Assembly (NCBI RefSeq): GCF_009914755.1
Contig: NC_060934.1
DNA: 64,000 nucleotides
Source: the human T2T-CHM13v2.0 reference genome, Homo sapiens
Direction: 5' to 3' (one strand)
Position 1 is the stretch's first letter. Every line of letters begins with the position of its first letter. Below the pieces are notes generated by a model. That model was given only the letters and a program-made list of their open reading frames with translations, did no database searches and was not told where the DNA came from. Positions 13,830 to 33,229 of this stretch are shown here, piece after piece. Made by a program: the position numbers and the translations under genes.

Positions 13830-16243
13830 CTGTAGGAAGAAAAAAAGAGAGGTGAGAACAGTCACTTGCACAAGTCAGTGTGGTCATCATGTGGCCGGTC
13901 TGCTGGCTTCTGCTCATGAAGAGCCTCACGTCCAGTCCCTCTGCCCAGAGTTCCCGGGATGTCCTGGAGTCCAGTCGCTCACAAGGCAGACCGGTCTGGG
14001 CAGTGCGAGAAGGGCTCCTGCAAGCCCAGCCCAAAGGGAAGGTGCTTGGCGTGGAGTGAGGGGCTGGGGCGGCCGTTTGTGAGGCGTACTAGCATCATAA
14101 TCGGGTCTTTCAGCCTGCTAACTCTTATTTTCATGTTAACACTTCACTCTTTTATCACAACATGCTACTTTAAAGAAATCAAAAACCCTGGGGCCAGGTA
14201 GCCTATTAGTCTTCTTCCGTGGGTCTGGCTTTCCCTAGGCGCTGCTAAGACCTTTCCCGTGGGGAGCCAGCCCCCAGGACACTGGCAGAACTTGTGCTGG
14301 AATACTCATTCCTGCTCCTCCTGGCCCCACCTCCATCCCACCCTACAGGCTGCAGAGCCGCCCACTTCAGACCTCAGCTGGCCACAGCTGTCACACCCTG
14401 GGCTGGAGCTCAGGACCAAAGCAGAGGTGGGGTGATGGTGGGGAGAGGCCTCATTATTCTCACATTGATCACAGGAACTTTCCAGAATCTATTCTGTTTC
14501 TGTTCCAAAAATAATGACCCTGTGGTTCTGTAGCTTTTGCTGACTAAGGGTCCAGTGCAAAGTGACTTTATCAGCTGCCTGGGACAGAGAAAGGATGTTT
14601 ACTCTCCTAGGATTTTAGCTTAGTGGTGTTATGAGAGTCTCTTCTCAGGGTTTTTTTTCTGCATCCCCAAAGATTACTTGCCTAAGGTCTTTAAAGATAT
14701 CAGTCTTTCCTTAGTAGCTATGCTGTCCCTAACAACATACTGCCAAAACCAGATGTGGCCAGACCCAGCACTTAACCCCAGAAGGACAGTGTGCTCGGAG
14801 CTCTGAGCTGAGCCGTGCACGGCAGCCAGGCCCAGGCTCCGGGACAGCAGGAAGCTCAGCCCTGCCTCGCTCTCAAGTCAAGGCTTGAGGGGAACACCCG
14901 CAGGCTGAAGAAGCCCTGCTCATTGCTGGTTGAAAACCGGAAGGTTTCCAGCCCCCCAGGTATGAGTTTCTGGGTGTTCTATCCTTAGGAATCCAAGCTC
15001 CAGCCCCTTCGTTTATAAGCCAGTGTGGACTCATCACACATGAAGACGTCTGCCTGTGTCCTGACAGATGCTAGAGAAATTCGGGTAGAATAGTTACTTC
15101 TGCAAACCAGTCGGAGAGGCTGGGAGAATCTGCGCTTCTCAAATATATCAACAGCTAACCGTTTATTTTTCTCCCCAGGAACTCTCAACTTTAATCATTT
15201 TAAAGTAGGTGGAGAAAACTACACCTGTACACTCAGGGACATGCATGGCCATGAGCTGGATTTTCCAACATAGAATTTCAATTAAAAAAAATAAGAATGT
15301 AAATGAGCATGAGTGTGCCCAGAGGCGACTGAGGGAGGCACAGACAGCGGAAGAGATCGGGGCTTTTGATTCTCACTGTTCCTGGTTCCTCGACTAACAA
15401 TCTAGCTACAGGGAAAGAAGCCTCAAGAGACACTGTGTTAGGATCACACCCTGGGGCTCTCTGCAGCGCCTCATGGCCAGATCACAGGAAAGAGGCCGCC
15501 CAAGCCCGGTGGGTGGGCTCTCCACAGGGCACTCCCGCCCCCTCCTCCCATCTGAGGACCATCTCAGAAATATCTGAGCAGGCACCAAGAGCTACCAGCA
15601 GGGAGAAAGGCCAACTACAAACGGCCACGGCCGTGGAAAGTAAGCCGAACCCTAGCTGTCGCCTGGCACTGACCACATACGGAGATGGCCTCAGGGCCTC
15701 TGGACAGCCACCAGGTGTACCTGCTGAGTCCAAAGTTATTCACATGGCAGAATCGAAGATGATCACGGTAATACCATCTATACCAGCTATCCCTTTGGTC
15801 AAAGATTTGCTACACAGCCAATGGGCCTTGTGATTTATGAACCCTCAGCCTGGTTCAAAGGAGCTTTCCATCCTGACCCTTCCCAGCTGCTGCATTTCAC
15901 GGTGAGGCAGCGCCGGCTGAGCCTCCCATGTGCCCTTAAAACCTAGCCGGAGTGGGCGAGTTCTCAAAAAGGCAGGCAGGTGCTGTGGGTGAAGTTTCTA
16001 TAAGCAGCTGCCCTGTGGGATGATGAAACTTAGAATCTTGAGCTCATCTACACACATGAACCACCTGAATGCACAGATTCACACGCTCTAGGGAGAAATA
16101 TACTGGAAGATAAATGGGAAAGAAGAAATCACGGGGCAGGTGTCAGTAGATAGGAATGAGGGAAGAAGCTGCAGGCAGACAAGCTGTGGCTCCTCTGGTG
16201 GGATTCTAACACCTGTGCAGAGGCCTCTTTCCCCATCACTCAC

Positions 16244-16692
16244 CTTGCTCTTGGACGGGACACATCTGGCTATTTTGTCCCAGCGGTCAGAGGATCCCCT
16301 TGGGTACTGCTGCAACGCCAGTTCCAGAAGTTTCTGTTGATTTTGAGTCCACGGCTCCTCTGCAGACCGAGCTCTCTCTTTTCTCAGGCTCTCCTCGTCG
16401 CTGGACTCGTTTTGTTCTGCTATGTCAAAGTCCTTCTGCCGCTTGGCTCTGGACTTCTCCTCTGGCTCCGGCTTCGCTGTAGCCTCCAGCAGCCTGGCTG
16501 GCTTCCGCCTCCGAGGCCGGGCATCAGTGGCCCCGGTCTCCTGCTCACCGGAGTCTCCCTCCTGCTCCTCCTCCGCTGCCACCCCCTCTGCGTCCTCTCG
16601 CTGGGTGATCATGTCATCGGGCAAGGTGGTGGCCGTTTTGATGGGCCTGGAATTCTGAACTGTCGATTTGAGTTCGGAGAGTCTAACCATTC
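16244..16692 (-). CDS. DNAJC1: DNAJC1 penultimate exon (449 nt): acidic linker and start of SANT2 (WTQNQQKLLELALQQYPRGSSDRWDKIARCVPSKSK)
   Basis: Lies within ORF 16088..16771; tag acceptor (phase 1), AAG|gtgagt donor (phase 0), Myb/SANT tryptophan spacing. Confidence 0.97.
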
Positions 16693-16779
16693 CTAGGAAA
16701 GAGGGTGTGCCACACAGAGGTGAAGGGCAAGGTGAATTAAGGAGACGGTGAGAACAGCAGCTGCCGGGCACAGAGCAGG

Positions 16780-16955
16780 CAGCGCACTAGGCATTTTGCA
16801 TGCATGGTTTAATTTCATTTCCACACTACTCTATTCTAGAAAGATAGGGATCATTACCCTAATGTTACAGATGAGAAAAAGAAGACTCAGAAAGCACTAG
16901 AGTGGGATTTGAACCCACTTCTGTCTGATTCCAAGCCTTTGTCCCTTTCTCTACT
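16780..16955 (-). mobile_element. MIR
   Basis: 'ttacagatgagaaaa' and 'gggatttgaaccca...tctgattccaa'. Confidence 0.65.
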
Positions 16956-17204
16956 CTGAGGAATAATGGGTATATAAAGAATCAGATTGTGAACAAGAAT
17001 GCAAACATCTCTTTGAGAGGGAATAACCTGCTACTCAGTATAAGAAAGGATTCACTGGCTCCACTGGAAAGACAAAAATCAACTGGTCAAACCTTAAAAC
17101 TGTGCTGCCTCTGGAAGGCAAGTGTATGAGTAAATTATACACTTACAAATAGTAGCTACAGTAAGAATTTTTAAACATGGAAAAGAAACATTTTATTAAA
17201 AAGT

Positions 17205-17375
17205 TTATTAGCTGGGCCTGGTGGTATACACCTGTATTCCTAGCTACTAGGGAGGCTAAGGAGGGAGGACTGCTTGAGCCCAGGAGTTTGAGGCTGCAGT
17301 CAGCTATGATCACGCCACTGTGCTTCAGCCCGGGCAACAGAATGAGATCTTGTCTCTAAAAGTAATAATAATTAA
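17205..17375 (+). mobile_element. FRAM / AluJ right arm
   Basis: Monomeric Alu sequence. Confidence 0.85.
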
Positions 17376-17399
17376 TAACAAAAGCTTTAAACCTTTTAA

Positions 17400-17965
17400 T
17401 AGGACAGAATAGATGACAGAGCACTGATATCCTCAATACAGTAGCAGTTACAACTCATTAAGATAAAAGGACAAAGAACACAGCTCACAAAGGAAGAACT
17501 ACAGTAGCTGATGAGTATCAGAGAACTAAAACAAAGAATCACTACTTTTCAATTATTAAATTGGCAAAGATTAGAAAGTATGACAATACCCAGTGCTGGC
17601 AAAATGCAGGGAAATAGGTACATTTGGACACGGGGCGTGGGAGCAGAAACTGGCCCAGCCCAGAGCTGTCCAATGAAACATGCTGTGATACAATTATATA
17701 AACCACTTGGTGTAGTACTGAGGAATTAAGTTTTTAACTTTATTTAATTCTAATTAATTTAAACTTTAATATAAATAGCTACATGTGGCAAGTGGCTACC
17801 ATATTAGACAGCACAGGTCTAGCCTTTTTAAAGAACAATTTGTCAAATGGAGGTGAACCTTAAGAATGTATTTACTTGTGACTCTGTAATTTTACTTAGA
17901 GGAGGTTCTCCTATGGAAATAATTACAGATGTATATACAAATTTAGCTACAAAGAGGCAGTATTT
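17400..17965 (+). mobile_element. Old L1M 3' fragment with a MER3-like insert (~17661-17817)
   Basis: L1 motifs 'ttggcaaagattagaaag...cagtgctggc'; MER3/33 motif 'aaatagctacatgtggcaagtggctaccatattagacagcacag'. Confidence 0.55.
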
Positions 17966-17967
17966 TA

Positions 17968-18313
<346 letters not shown>

Positions 18314-18350
18314 TTATAGTAGGCTTTTATTTAATAAAAAACAAAATCCC

Positions 18351-18640
18351 AGCTGTACACGGTGGCTCACGCCTGTAATCCCAACACTTTGGGAGGCCAA
18401 GGCAGGGGGGATCCCCTGAGGTCAGGAGTTCGAGACCAGCCTGGCCAACATGGTGAAACCCTGTCTCTACAAAAATGCAAAAATTAGCCGGGTGTGGTGG
18501 CACGTGCCTGTAATTCCAGCTACTCAGGAGGCCGAGGCAGGAGAATCGCTTGAACCTGGGAGGCAGAGGTTGCAGTGTACTGAGATCGTACCACAGCCTG
18601 GGCGACAGAGTGAGACTCCGTCTAAAAAAAAAAAAAAAAA
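18351..18640 (+). mobile_element. AluS
   Basis: Full dimer with A tail. Confidence 0.95.
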
Positions 18641-18979
18641 ATCTAGATATAATTTTTAAAAATATAAAAACTACAAAAAGGAATACAATGAAAAGTGGCT
18701 TAGTCTGCATTCCTGGTCTGCTCTGTAAGAGGCAAAAATGAGTTGGAGTGTGAGTGTGTGAACGTCTAGAAACAGTGTCACACACCCTATGTAGCTGCAT
18801 TAGCCTTCTCCTTTCTTACGTTAATGGCAACAAACTCCCTGGAGGTTATTCTGTATTAGCTCACTAAAGTTCCAGGTCCTAGTCTTTTGTTACTACTAAC
18901 AAGTGGCATTTCATAATCATTATCTCCTCCATATTTTTTATTATGAACCCCATCAATAAAACATCTTTGAAAACACAAT

Positions 18980-19382
<403 letters not shown>

Positions 19383-19680
19383 TGACATGAAACATTCTAA
19401 TGAAAATATTAATATTAAAAACAATGAGATTGAAAAATTGCTTAATACTGGATAAAATACTCAATTAAAGGTCTGGCTCCAAATTTGCTTTATTTTGGCA
19501 CCTAACTTTGAATGGCCATCCTAGTTGGAAAAGATGACCCAAAAGGATACATCTATCCACATGTAGCGTCCTGCTGGCCAAGTTTACCATGCTCTGGTAT
19601 TCATTGTGCAATACAAATTATGAAAACATTTTCATAAAAATCTTCCCCAAGCCAATCATTTGTTCTTGCAAACTAAATAG

Positions 19681-19855
<175 letters not shown>

Positions 19856-19978
19856 TAACAAATGAGTTCACTTTGTTTGAAAGATTTACAGGTTAAAATT
19901 CTATTTTCAACATTTTTAAATCCGTAAAAATAAGAGTTTTTATAGGTCACATTGTTTTGGCCATAGAATAACACATAA

Positions 19979-20371
<393 letters not shown>

Positions 20372-21179
20372 TAAAAATCCATCTTTATTTTGTAAAAACA
20401 TTTTAATATAATAAAATGATTAAAGATATTAGTCTTCAGCGAGTATGCTGCTATTAACATAAGAAAGAGGGAGGCAAATACAGACAGTCTGTGCAAGACT
20501 AGTTATACTTCTAGACGTGTACGCCCTCACACTCCAATTCATTATTCCCTCTGTGGAAGGGGGCCAGGAACCCAGACTCAGACACTTTTCATTGCATTCC
20601 CTTTTGTACTGTTTTAATTTTTTAAGTGTGTGCAGGTTGTTTTTTTTTTTTTTTTTTAGACCCTACGCCAAGAATTTATTTATTTATTTGGTAAAAGAAA
20701 AGTATAAAATTGAGGATCTTTAAATTCAAAAACTTTTAAAAGTACTTTGTCAAAATACTAGGAAGCCTCTGTGTAATAGGAAATATTCCCATGGTTGCCT
20801 TCCACCTTATAAAAAGATGTCACTGAAACTCTGGGGTTATCTATACATTCACTCAACTGGGTATCTTGTTGCAATATCTTGAGAGTGAAAGAACATGGGA
20901 TGATGCCAAGTGACGAGGCCACCATCAGCCTGTGAGTGCTGTGGAAATCCCATTTTTCCCTTGGGAAACGTTGGTGCCCTATGTACGTAACACATAAGCT
21001 CTGCTAATGGGCACAGTGAGGGTGCTGGCATAAGTCGGAATATCAAAGATGAGAAAGTTTAATTCCTCTCTCACTGCCTTAAGATAAAAACAAAGATCAA
21101 CAGAAATTCAAATACGGTCTTCTTATATTCCAAAGAATCATCCTGTCTACCTCACTTTGGAGACCACAACTTCAGAACA

Positions 21180-21500
21180 ATAAAAAAAAAATGGAAACAA
21201 ACAAAATGTCCAACAATAGAAACTTGTTAAATAAACTATGGGGCAGACATCTATACTATGGACTACTATGGAGCCATTAAGAAGATGATACAGACATATG
21301 AGTGTACGGAGTGAAAAAATGTAAAACAGTATTGCGGTACAGTCCCATTCTTGTAAAAATATTATATGCACATATGTGCATCAGAAAAGTCTGAAGAAAT
21401 ATCTCTCTCAAAATAACAACAATTGGTAGGTTACATGTGATTGTTATTTTCTTCCTTTTGTTTATCTGTATTTTTTTGAGTTTCTATTAGCGAACATTTC
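21180..21500 (+). mobile_element. Old L1ME-like 3' end fragment
   Basis: 'aaatgtccaacaatag...aaataaactatgg...atctatactatggactactatggagccattaag'. Confidence 0.55.
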
Positions 21501-22299
21501 TTTCCATGCTCACTAAAGCAACTCTCTTAAGAAACAGCCAAATACCTCCATCTGGGTGTGTTCTTATCTGTAGAAGGTCATTTTCCCCTGTGCTAGCCTA
21601 TTAAGCCAGCTGTGTTTTCTAAACCATCCATTTCAAACACTTTGAAAGGTATCCAAAATCTTAGGAAACAATTTTAGAATTTCTAATAATACTTCAGAAG
21701 CACAGCTTTATGGCTTAAATGGATCACACTGCTTACGGATTCTTTGTTAATTTGTGAACATAATCAGAAGAAATACTTTTATTTCAAAATTCTTTGGCTT
21801 CTTAAAGGCTATTAAAAAACAAAATAAAACACATAATTTAATGAATATATTTGTGACAAAGACCTTATGGTGCTTTTAGAGAGTCACAGGATGTTTGGAT
21901 GTGGCCAAATATCACATCGGATTTGCCTCTTTTCCTCTCTGTCCTGATGCTGGATCTGCTCTCTGCTCAAAGCTGCTTCTGGTGCCTTCTCTCAGCCACA
22001 GGTGTTGCCTCAGAGATGCACTTAAATATTCAACTCCACATTTCCTGTTTTCTTCATACTTCTGACCCCCCTCCACCAAGCTCCAGGAAGATCTACGTCA
22101 GTTCCTTACTCTGAGCTGCGCTGCCTTTTCAATGGTATGATTTTGGAGAATGTCTTGAAGTAGGCTTCTGTCATATAACATCCCATTGCCCCGTCTCTGC
22201 CTCCATGCCCACAGAAATAACTTCATTGGCAGAAAAAGAAATCCAGAAATTTCCTCTTGCTAAAGCCTGGAGAACTCCAAGTTGAATTCTTTTAAAAAA

Positions 22300-22439
22300 A
22301 TTTTTTTTTACGTTTATTTTTCAGAAATGGGGGGTCTCACTATGTTGCCCAGGCTGGTTTTGAACTCCTGGGCTCAAGTGATCCTCCCGCCTCGGCCTCT
22401 AGAGTAGTTGAAACTATAGCTGTGCCACCACGCCCGGCT
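22300..22439 (-). mobile_element. FLAM_C-like Alu monomer
   Basis: 'tctcactatgttgcccaggctgg...gggctcaagtgatcctcc'. Confidence 0.85.
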
Positions 22440-22637
22440 GGGGTGGCTTTTTGAGATCTCTGGGTTTGCTAATTGTTGGCTTGTTCATCTGCATTACTCT
22501 CCCTGGGACCTGTATTTGAGTTAGGTTGCAAAGTTTCTGAAGCATGTTCTTATTTCCTGGTTCTAAGCAAAGAATATGGAGACTCTAACAAAATTCCAGT
22601 TAATCTTGGAGGAAATTGATTTTAAGAAACATAAATG

Positions 22638-23084
<447 letters not shown>

Positions 23085-23334
23085 TTAAACTATAGAAGAC
23101 GATCTGTATACTTATTTAACCTTATTAATTAAATACATCTTCTCGGCACCAGTATGTGCAGGGCTGGACTGGCTTGCTGGTGCCCGTATTTCAACCCTTT
23201 TTGGAGATATGACCAGATTTAGAGTTCATTAGGCAAAACTTCTAGACCCTTGTATTTAAAGAAGTTATTATAAAAAGGGATTAATTTAGAAGAAACCACT
23301 TTAGATTAATGAGATAGAGGAAGTATGAACTCAC

Positions 23335-23383
23335 CTGGGGAGCAGGTCACTGAATCCTTCAGTTGCTTGGCTTTGGTTGTCAC
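23335..23383 (-). CDS. DNAJC1: DNAJC1 49-nt exon: VTTKAKQLKDSVTCSP(G)
   Basis: aaacag acceptor and CAG|gtgagt donor. It converts phase 0 to phase 1 exactly as needed to join the flanking exons. Too short for the ORF track. Confidence 0.94.
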
Positions 23384-23678
23384 CTGTTTCAAAACATAAA
23401 AGCAAAAATCTTACTTTCCATGTACCTACTATATGCTGAGTGAAACGATTCCATGTAAGCTCCATGTGAATGAACACAGTTCATTGGATCTTAGGCCTGA
23501 AAGACCCTCAGTCGTCTGTCGCATCCATTAATGTAATTAACAAGAAAACTGAAGCCCAGAGAGATTAAATGGATAGCTCCAAAACACCCATCCACTCAGC
23601 AGCAGCTTCAGGACAAGAACTCACATCCCTAGACTCCTTCTAGTTCAATGACAGTTCCGTTATACGAGGCTGCCTCTT

Positions 23679-23733
23679 TTCATTTTTATTTTTTTTTAAT
23701 ACTTTAAGTTCTAGGGTACATATGCACAACGGG
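23679..23733 (-). mobile_element. Extremely 5'-truncated L1PA 3' tip
   Basis: Poly-T plus 'atactttaagttctagggtacatatgcacaacg', flanked by TSD ggctgcctctt. Confidence 0.8.
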
Positions 23734-23761
23734 GGCTGCCTCTTAAAAGATACTACTTTCA

Positions 23762-24090
<329 letters not shown>

Positions 24091-24509
24091 TCATTTTTTA
24101 AACCTAGAATTTCCAGAAATGGAATATCTTTCTTCACTGGAGAATATTCTACCACTGAGTATTGCAATCAGTGGGGAAAATGACATTTATGCTAATAGTG
24201 TTATAAGATAAAAGTCCTTCCTTTCTGCAACCTGGAAGGGAACCCTAAGAGCATCTGAGATTGACATTGGAGGAAGAATCTGTTGATGGAGTGGGGCAGC
24301 TGCACCCAAGAACCATGATACCTTTACACATATGAGTGTGGATCCACAGAAAGAATTTGGTCTGGTGGTAATTTTTTTTCTTTATATAAATGGTATCATA
24401 TTTCACGTCTTATTCTATAGCTTGCTCTTTCTTCATTTAACAATGTCTTTGAGATCTACATACAGAATTGCCTTATTTTTCTTTTATCTTCTCTTTCTCT
24501 GTCAACTTA

Positions 24510-24660
24510 TTTTGTTTGTTTGTTTGTTTTTAAAGATATGTTGCTATGTTGCAGTCTTGCTATGTGGCCCAGAATGGCCTGTAACTCCTAGGCTCAAATG
24601 ATCCTCCCACCTCAGCCTCCTGAGTAGCTGGGACTACAGGCATGAGCCACTGCACTTGGC
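24510..24660 (-). mobile_element. FLAM-like Alu monomer
   Basis: 'ggctcaaatgatcctcccacctcagcctcc'. Confidence 0.75.
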
Positions 24661-24753
24661 TTTCTTTTTTAAAATTGAGATAAAATTTACAGAGTGTAAT
24701 GTGCAGACTTTAAATGTGCAATTTGATGAGTTTTGACCAAAAATCTCTGCCTA

Positions 24754-25094
<341 letters not shown>

Positions 25095-25409
25095 CTATTA
25101 CTCCAGAAAGTTCCCTTGTGCCCTTCATGCAATCTCTATCCTGCCACAGACAACCACTGTTCAGACTTCTATTGTATATTTTTAAGAAATATGGGGTTAA
25201 AGTTATTAATTTTTTTCAAATGAATAGTTAATTGCCCTAATGCACTTATCTAACAAGCCATCCTTTCCATTTATTTAAAATATGAATTTCATTAAAGTTA
25301 TGTTTGGCTGTAAACATGTGCTATTATATTTTTCTATATTTCTCTATCCCATTAATCCATGTATATTCTCGAACCAACACTTCATGGCTTTAATGAAATT
25401 TGAAAGTAA

Positions 25410-25650
25410 AATGTCAGAAAGCATGATCATTAAGAGCCGAGAGTCAGGCAGATCTGCTCTTCAGTCTTGGTTCCACCTCTCAGCTGGGTAACAGACAGCA
25501 ATTTTCCATCCTTCTCTGTTTCATATATTACCCTCTGTAATGTGTGGATACCACTACCATTTGCCTCTTACGGATGTTTTCAGTTTGAAACAAACCCTTA
25601 GCATGATACCTGGCAGACAGTAAAGGCTCAGTAAATATTACCTGTTATAA
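25410..25650 (+). mobile_element. MIR
   Basis: 'taagagccgagagtcaggcaga...cttagcatgatacctggcagacagtaaaggctcagtaaata'. Confidence 0.6.
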
Positions 25651-25729
25651 TTGAAATAGATCATTTGTTTTCCATTCATACAAAGAGCAGAATTAGAACA
25701 TTTAAAGCTGCTTGGAAACACTTTTCAAT

Positions 25730-26600
25730 TTTGTTCCCTACCTTCCACTCTCTCTACAGATGACCTTGCTTCCTATTTAATGTAAACAAACTGAAGTTAT
25801 CCAACATGAGCTTCCTTGACTTCTGAATTTCCCAGCTCAAAAATTTGATTGCCCCACCATATATCCATTCCTTCTTTTATCCTAATTCAAAGAAATAAAT
25901 GCATTCCTTCCCCTTGAGGCTAAATCTGCCCCTTGAATCCTCACAGAACTATGCTCCATCAATTACTTGCTTTCATCTTCAACTTCCCCTGTCCATGAGA
26001 TGCATCCCATAAATCTTCAAACTTAGCTCAAGTAGTCTACTCTAAATCTTCCCTTGACCTTATCTTTTCTATTCCACTTGGCATTCATGAGAATATGTCC
26101 TAGTTTTCCTTCTTTCTCTGAATGTTCCTCCACTGGCCTCTCCTATATACTCCTGCCTCTTGTTCCCTAATAGAAGTGTTCCTCAACATTCTACCCTTGC
26201 CATTCATGTTCTTTCCACTTTCTACTCTGGTATCTCATCCCAGCTATTCGATAATACTTTAGAAAAGAAATGATTAACCTAGGTCTCTGGCCCTGACTTC
26301 TACCTTGGAATGCCAGTCTCATAGAAACTGACCACGCAACAATGGATCCTCAGATCTGAAAAGGACTTCACCTACGTAACATTAAGCTTACTATGCAATA
26401 GGCACTGTTCTAAATAAATTGTGTGTGTGCACATATTCCTCACAGTAGCAATATGAGGTAGGCATAGAATGGTTATCCTGATTTTACAGAATCTGAGGCC
26501 CAGGGAGAATAAATAATATATCCAAGTTAAACAGTTAGTGAGAAGCTAAAACAAGCAGGGATCTAAAATTTTTGCTCTCTATCACTATAACATAACCACC
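25730..26600. mobile_element. Degenerate L2 and MIR fragments
   Basis: 'gatgaccttgcttcctattt' (L2-like); 'ttttacagaatctgaggcccag' (MIR). Confidence 0.45.
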
Positions 26601-26751
26601 TTTTAAATCCAAATCTTTCATTTTATAGAAGAAGAAACAAGCCAAGTGCTCTTTCTGCTGTACTACATGGCTTCACTTTCTAACTGCCATTAAATCTCTC
26701 AGAGGTCTCCTAGTTCCTAAAACTAACCAAACCAAAAACTAAACTCATCAG

Positions 26752-27150
<399 letters not shown>

Positions 27151-27319
27151 TAACGAGTCCATTTTTGGATTTTTTCTCTCCTTCCCCAACGAGTTGCTTC
27201 ACAGTTCAATTCCATTTGTTCCCTTCTCTCTCAGACCTCCACCACCTGCACTAGTCCTTCATTCTCACTTGACCAAACTAATATAACACTTTCTAACAGG
27301 TCCCTAACTTAATAGTTAA

Positions 27320-30870
<3,551 letters not shown>

Positions 30871-30932
30871 TATTAATTTTTTTTTTTTTTTTGCTATAAA
30901 GATTACTAGAGGACACATAAAGATGTATAAAG

Positions 30933-31309
<377 letters not shown>

Positions 31310-31576
31310 TTACGGTTTATCTTGTAGAATTTAAATTTTTCTCTGCTTCCTGCCTGGATCCATAAGTTGTGACATATATGATCACACAAAGAATTCATAT
31401 AAACTTTTCATTTGAGGTCAACTGGCAAAGTCACAAATACACGTGACCTCAGAATCTCATAACCTGAGATTCATATAACTCTCTAACATCTTAAAGTCAT
31501 GCTACAGCCTTTCATACACATTGTTTTTTCATCTTATATGAAAAACTAACATATTAAACGTATTAATATATTTTCT

Positions 31577-31849
31577 CCTCTCTGTCACCTAGACTGGAGC
31601 GCAGTGGCGCAATCTCGGCTCACTACAAGCTCCGCCTCCTGGGTTCATGCCATTCTCCTGCCTCAGCTTCCTGAATAGCTGGGACTAAAGGCGCCCACCA
31701 CCATGCCCAGCTAATTTTTGTTGTATTTTTTAGTAGAGACAGGGTTTCACCATGTTAGCCAGGATGGTCTCGATCTCCTGACCTCGTGATCCGCCTGCCT
31801 CAGTCTCCCAAAGTGCTGGGATTACAGGCATGAGCCACCGCGCCCGGCC
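31577..31849 (-). mobile_element. AluY lacking its poly-A tail
   Basis: Y diagnostics (gccattctcc, tcgatctcctgacctcgtgatccg); 22-bp flanking repeat taaac(g/a)tattaatatattttct. Confidence 0.88.
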
Positions 31850-32404
31850 TAAACATATTAATATATTTTCTTACAGACAAATAGATTCCTAACATCAGAA
31901 TCCTGCCCAGTAAACAAATTCCAATGGCACATGGGGATGAATTACCTTAGAGAATCATTCACCTAGCACTGATATTCTAGTATTAGAACATAGCCTTTAC
32001 TGACTTAAGGTTTCCTGATACATTGTCAAGAACAAACTTCCTGTTTCTACAGAGTCAAGGACTCAGTTTGAGAATAGTTAAGAGTCGCCTTATGCTGGTA
32101 GTAGATTCTGAATACAGCATCTATCACAATTTAGCTTATCCATCACACATAATCTGAGTCCTTCAGATCATTATTGTCAAATAATGGAAACGATGTGATG
32201 TCGCTATTGTCATTTTGCAGCCATACCTTTTTTTTTCTCACTTAAAAGGCAACTTACAACTTACAACAGGTTCGTTAGATAGCAGCAAAGCACAGTCGAT
32301 TTTCCAATTCTGTGTGGTCCAATGATAATATTCAAGTTACTATGCAAACTCTACATCTCCTGCTGTCATAAGACAGTTTCATAAAAACGTTAACTGCAAA
32401 TGGC

Positions 32405-32435
<31 letters not shown>

Positions 32436-33169
32436 CCCTTCTCACTAGATTTTGTCTTGGGAAGAGCCATATCCATGGCAGATGATGGCAAAATATTTTT
32501 GTTTGTGGGCAGGTTTGGCATCCTCAAATGATCATTTATGATTCTAGGTAGATAAAGAAGTTTCCTAATAAGTAGTGGTCTAATATAAAGCTCAATGCCT
32601 AGGGTGACTCAGTAAGATAGTAAGTCACTTTGGGGAAGTAAATTCATCTTTCCATGACCACGGTCATCACCAGATTGATGTCTCTCCTTTAGATCTGAAT
32701 GACTTTCAGTAAAGTGGGTACCAATTTACTCTCAAAATGTTTAGTGTTTATTTTCTCAAATAGTACATAATACATTTTTCAGCTAGTCATTCTATTTTTA
32801 TATCATGTGCAGTTTCAGAAGATATAGGACTTTTTTGTAGCCTCGTCTTGGGAGAAGACATTTATTCCTATATAGGTTTCACACAGATGAGGCCTCCCTC
32901 TTCTTCTTTGGTATCTGAGGAACTAATATTGTGGGCTACTGGCTTGGGTGGGCTTTTGGACAGTCCAATGTGTATTAATAAATAGTCACATGGATTGTAA
33001 CTGTGGTGGAATATGTTTCACCACATTGTGATTCCAAGCAGAAAACACTTTCTAACTCCTCTTCCTAATGCCCAAATTTATCTTTAGAATGCTTATGCAA
33101 TTGGGGACCTATGATGTAAGTTTGTGATTTATGATAGGTAAGGGTAGAGTGAATGAAAAAAAACTAAAA

Positions 33170-33229
33170 TAGGTTGCATTCCCTCTACTAAAAACACTGT
33201 AGGTTGCATTCCCTCTAGTAAAAACACTG
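33170..33229 (+). repeat. 30-bp tandem duplication
   Basis: taggttgcattccctcta(c/g)taaaaacactg twice, one mismatch. Confidence 0.95.

Noticed and set aside
16088-16771. The 227-aa ORF as a stand-alone gene
   Set aside because: It is the DNAJC1 penultimate exon plus read-through into both introns; splice sites bound the true exon at 16244-16692.
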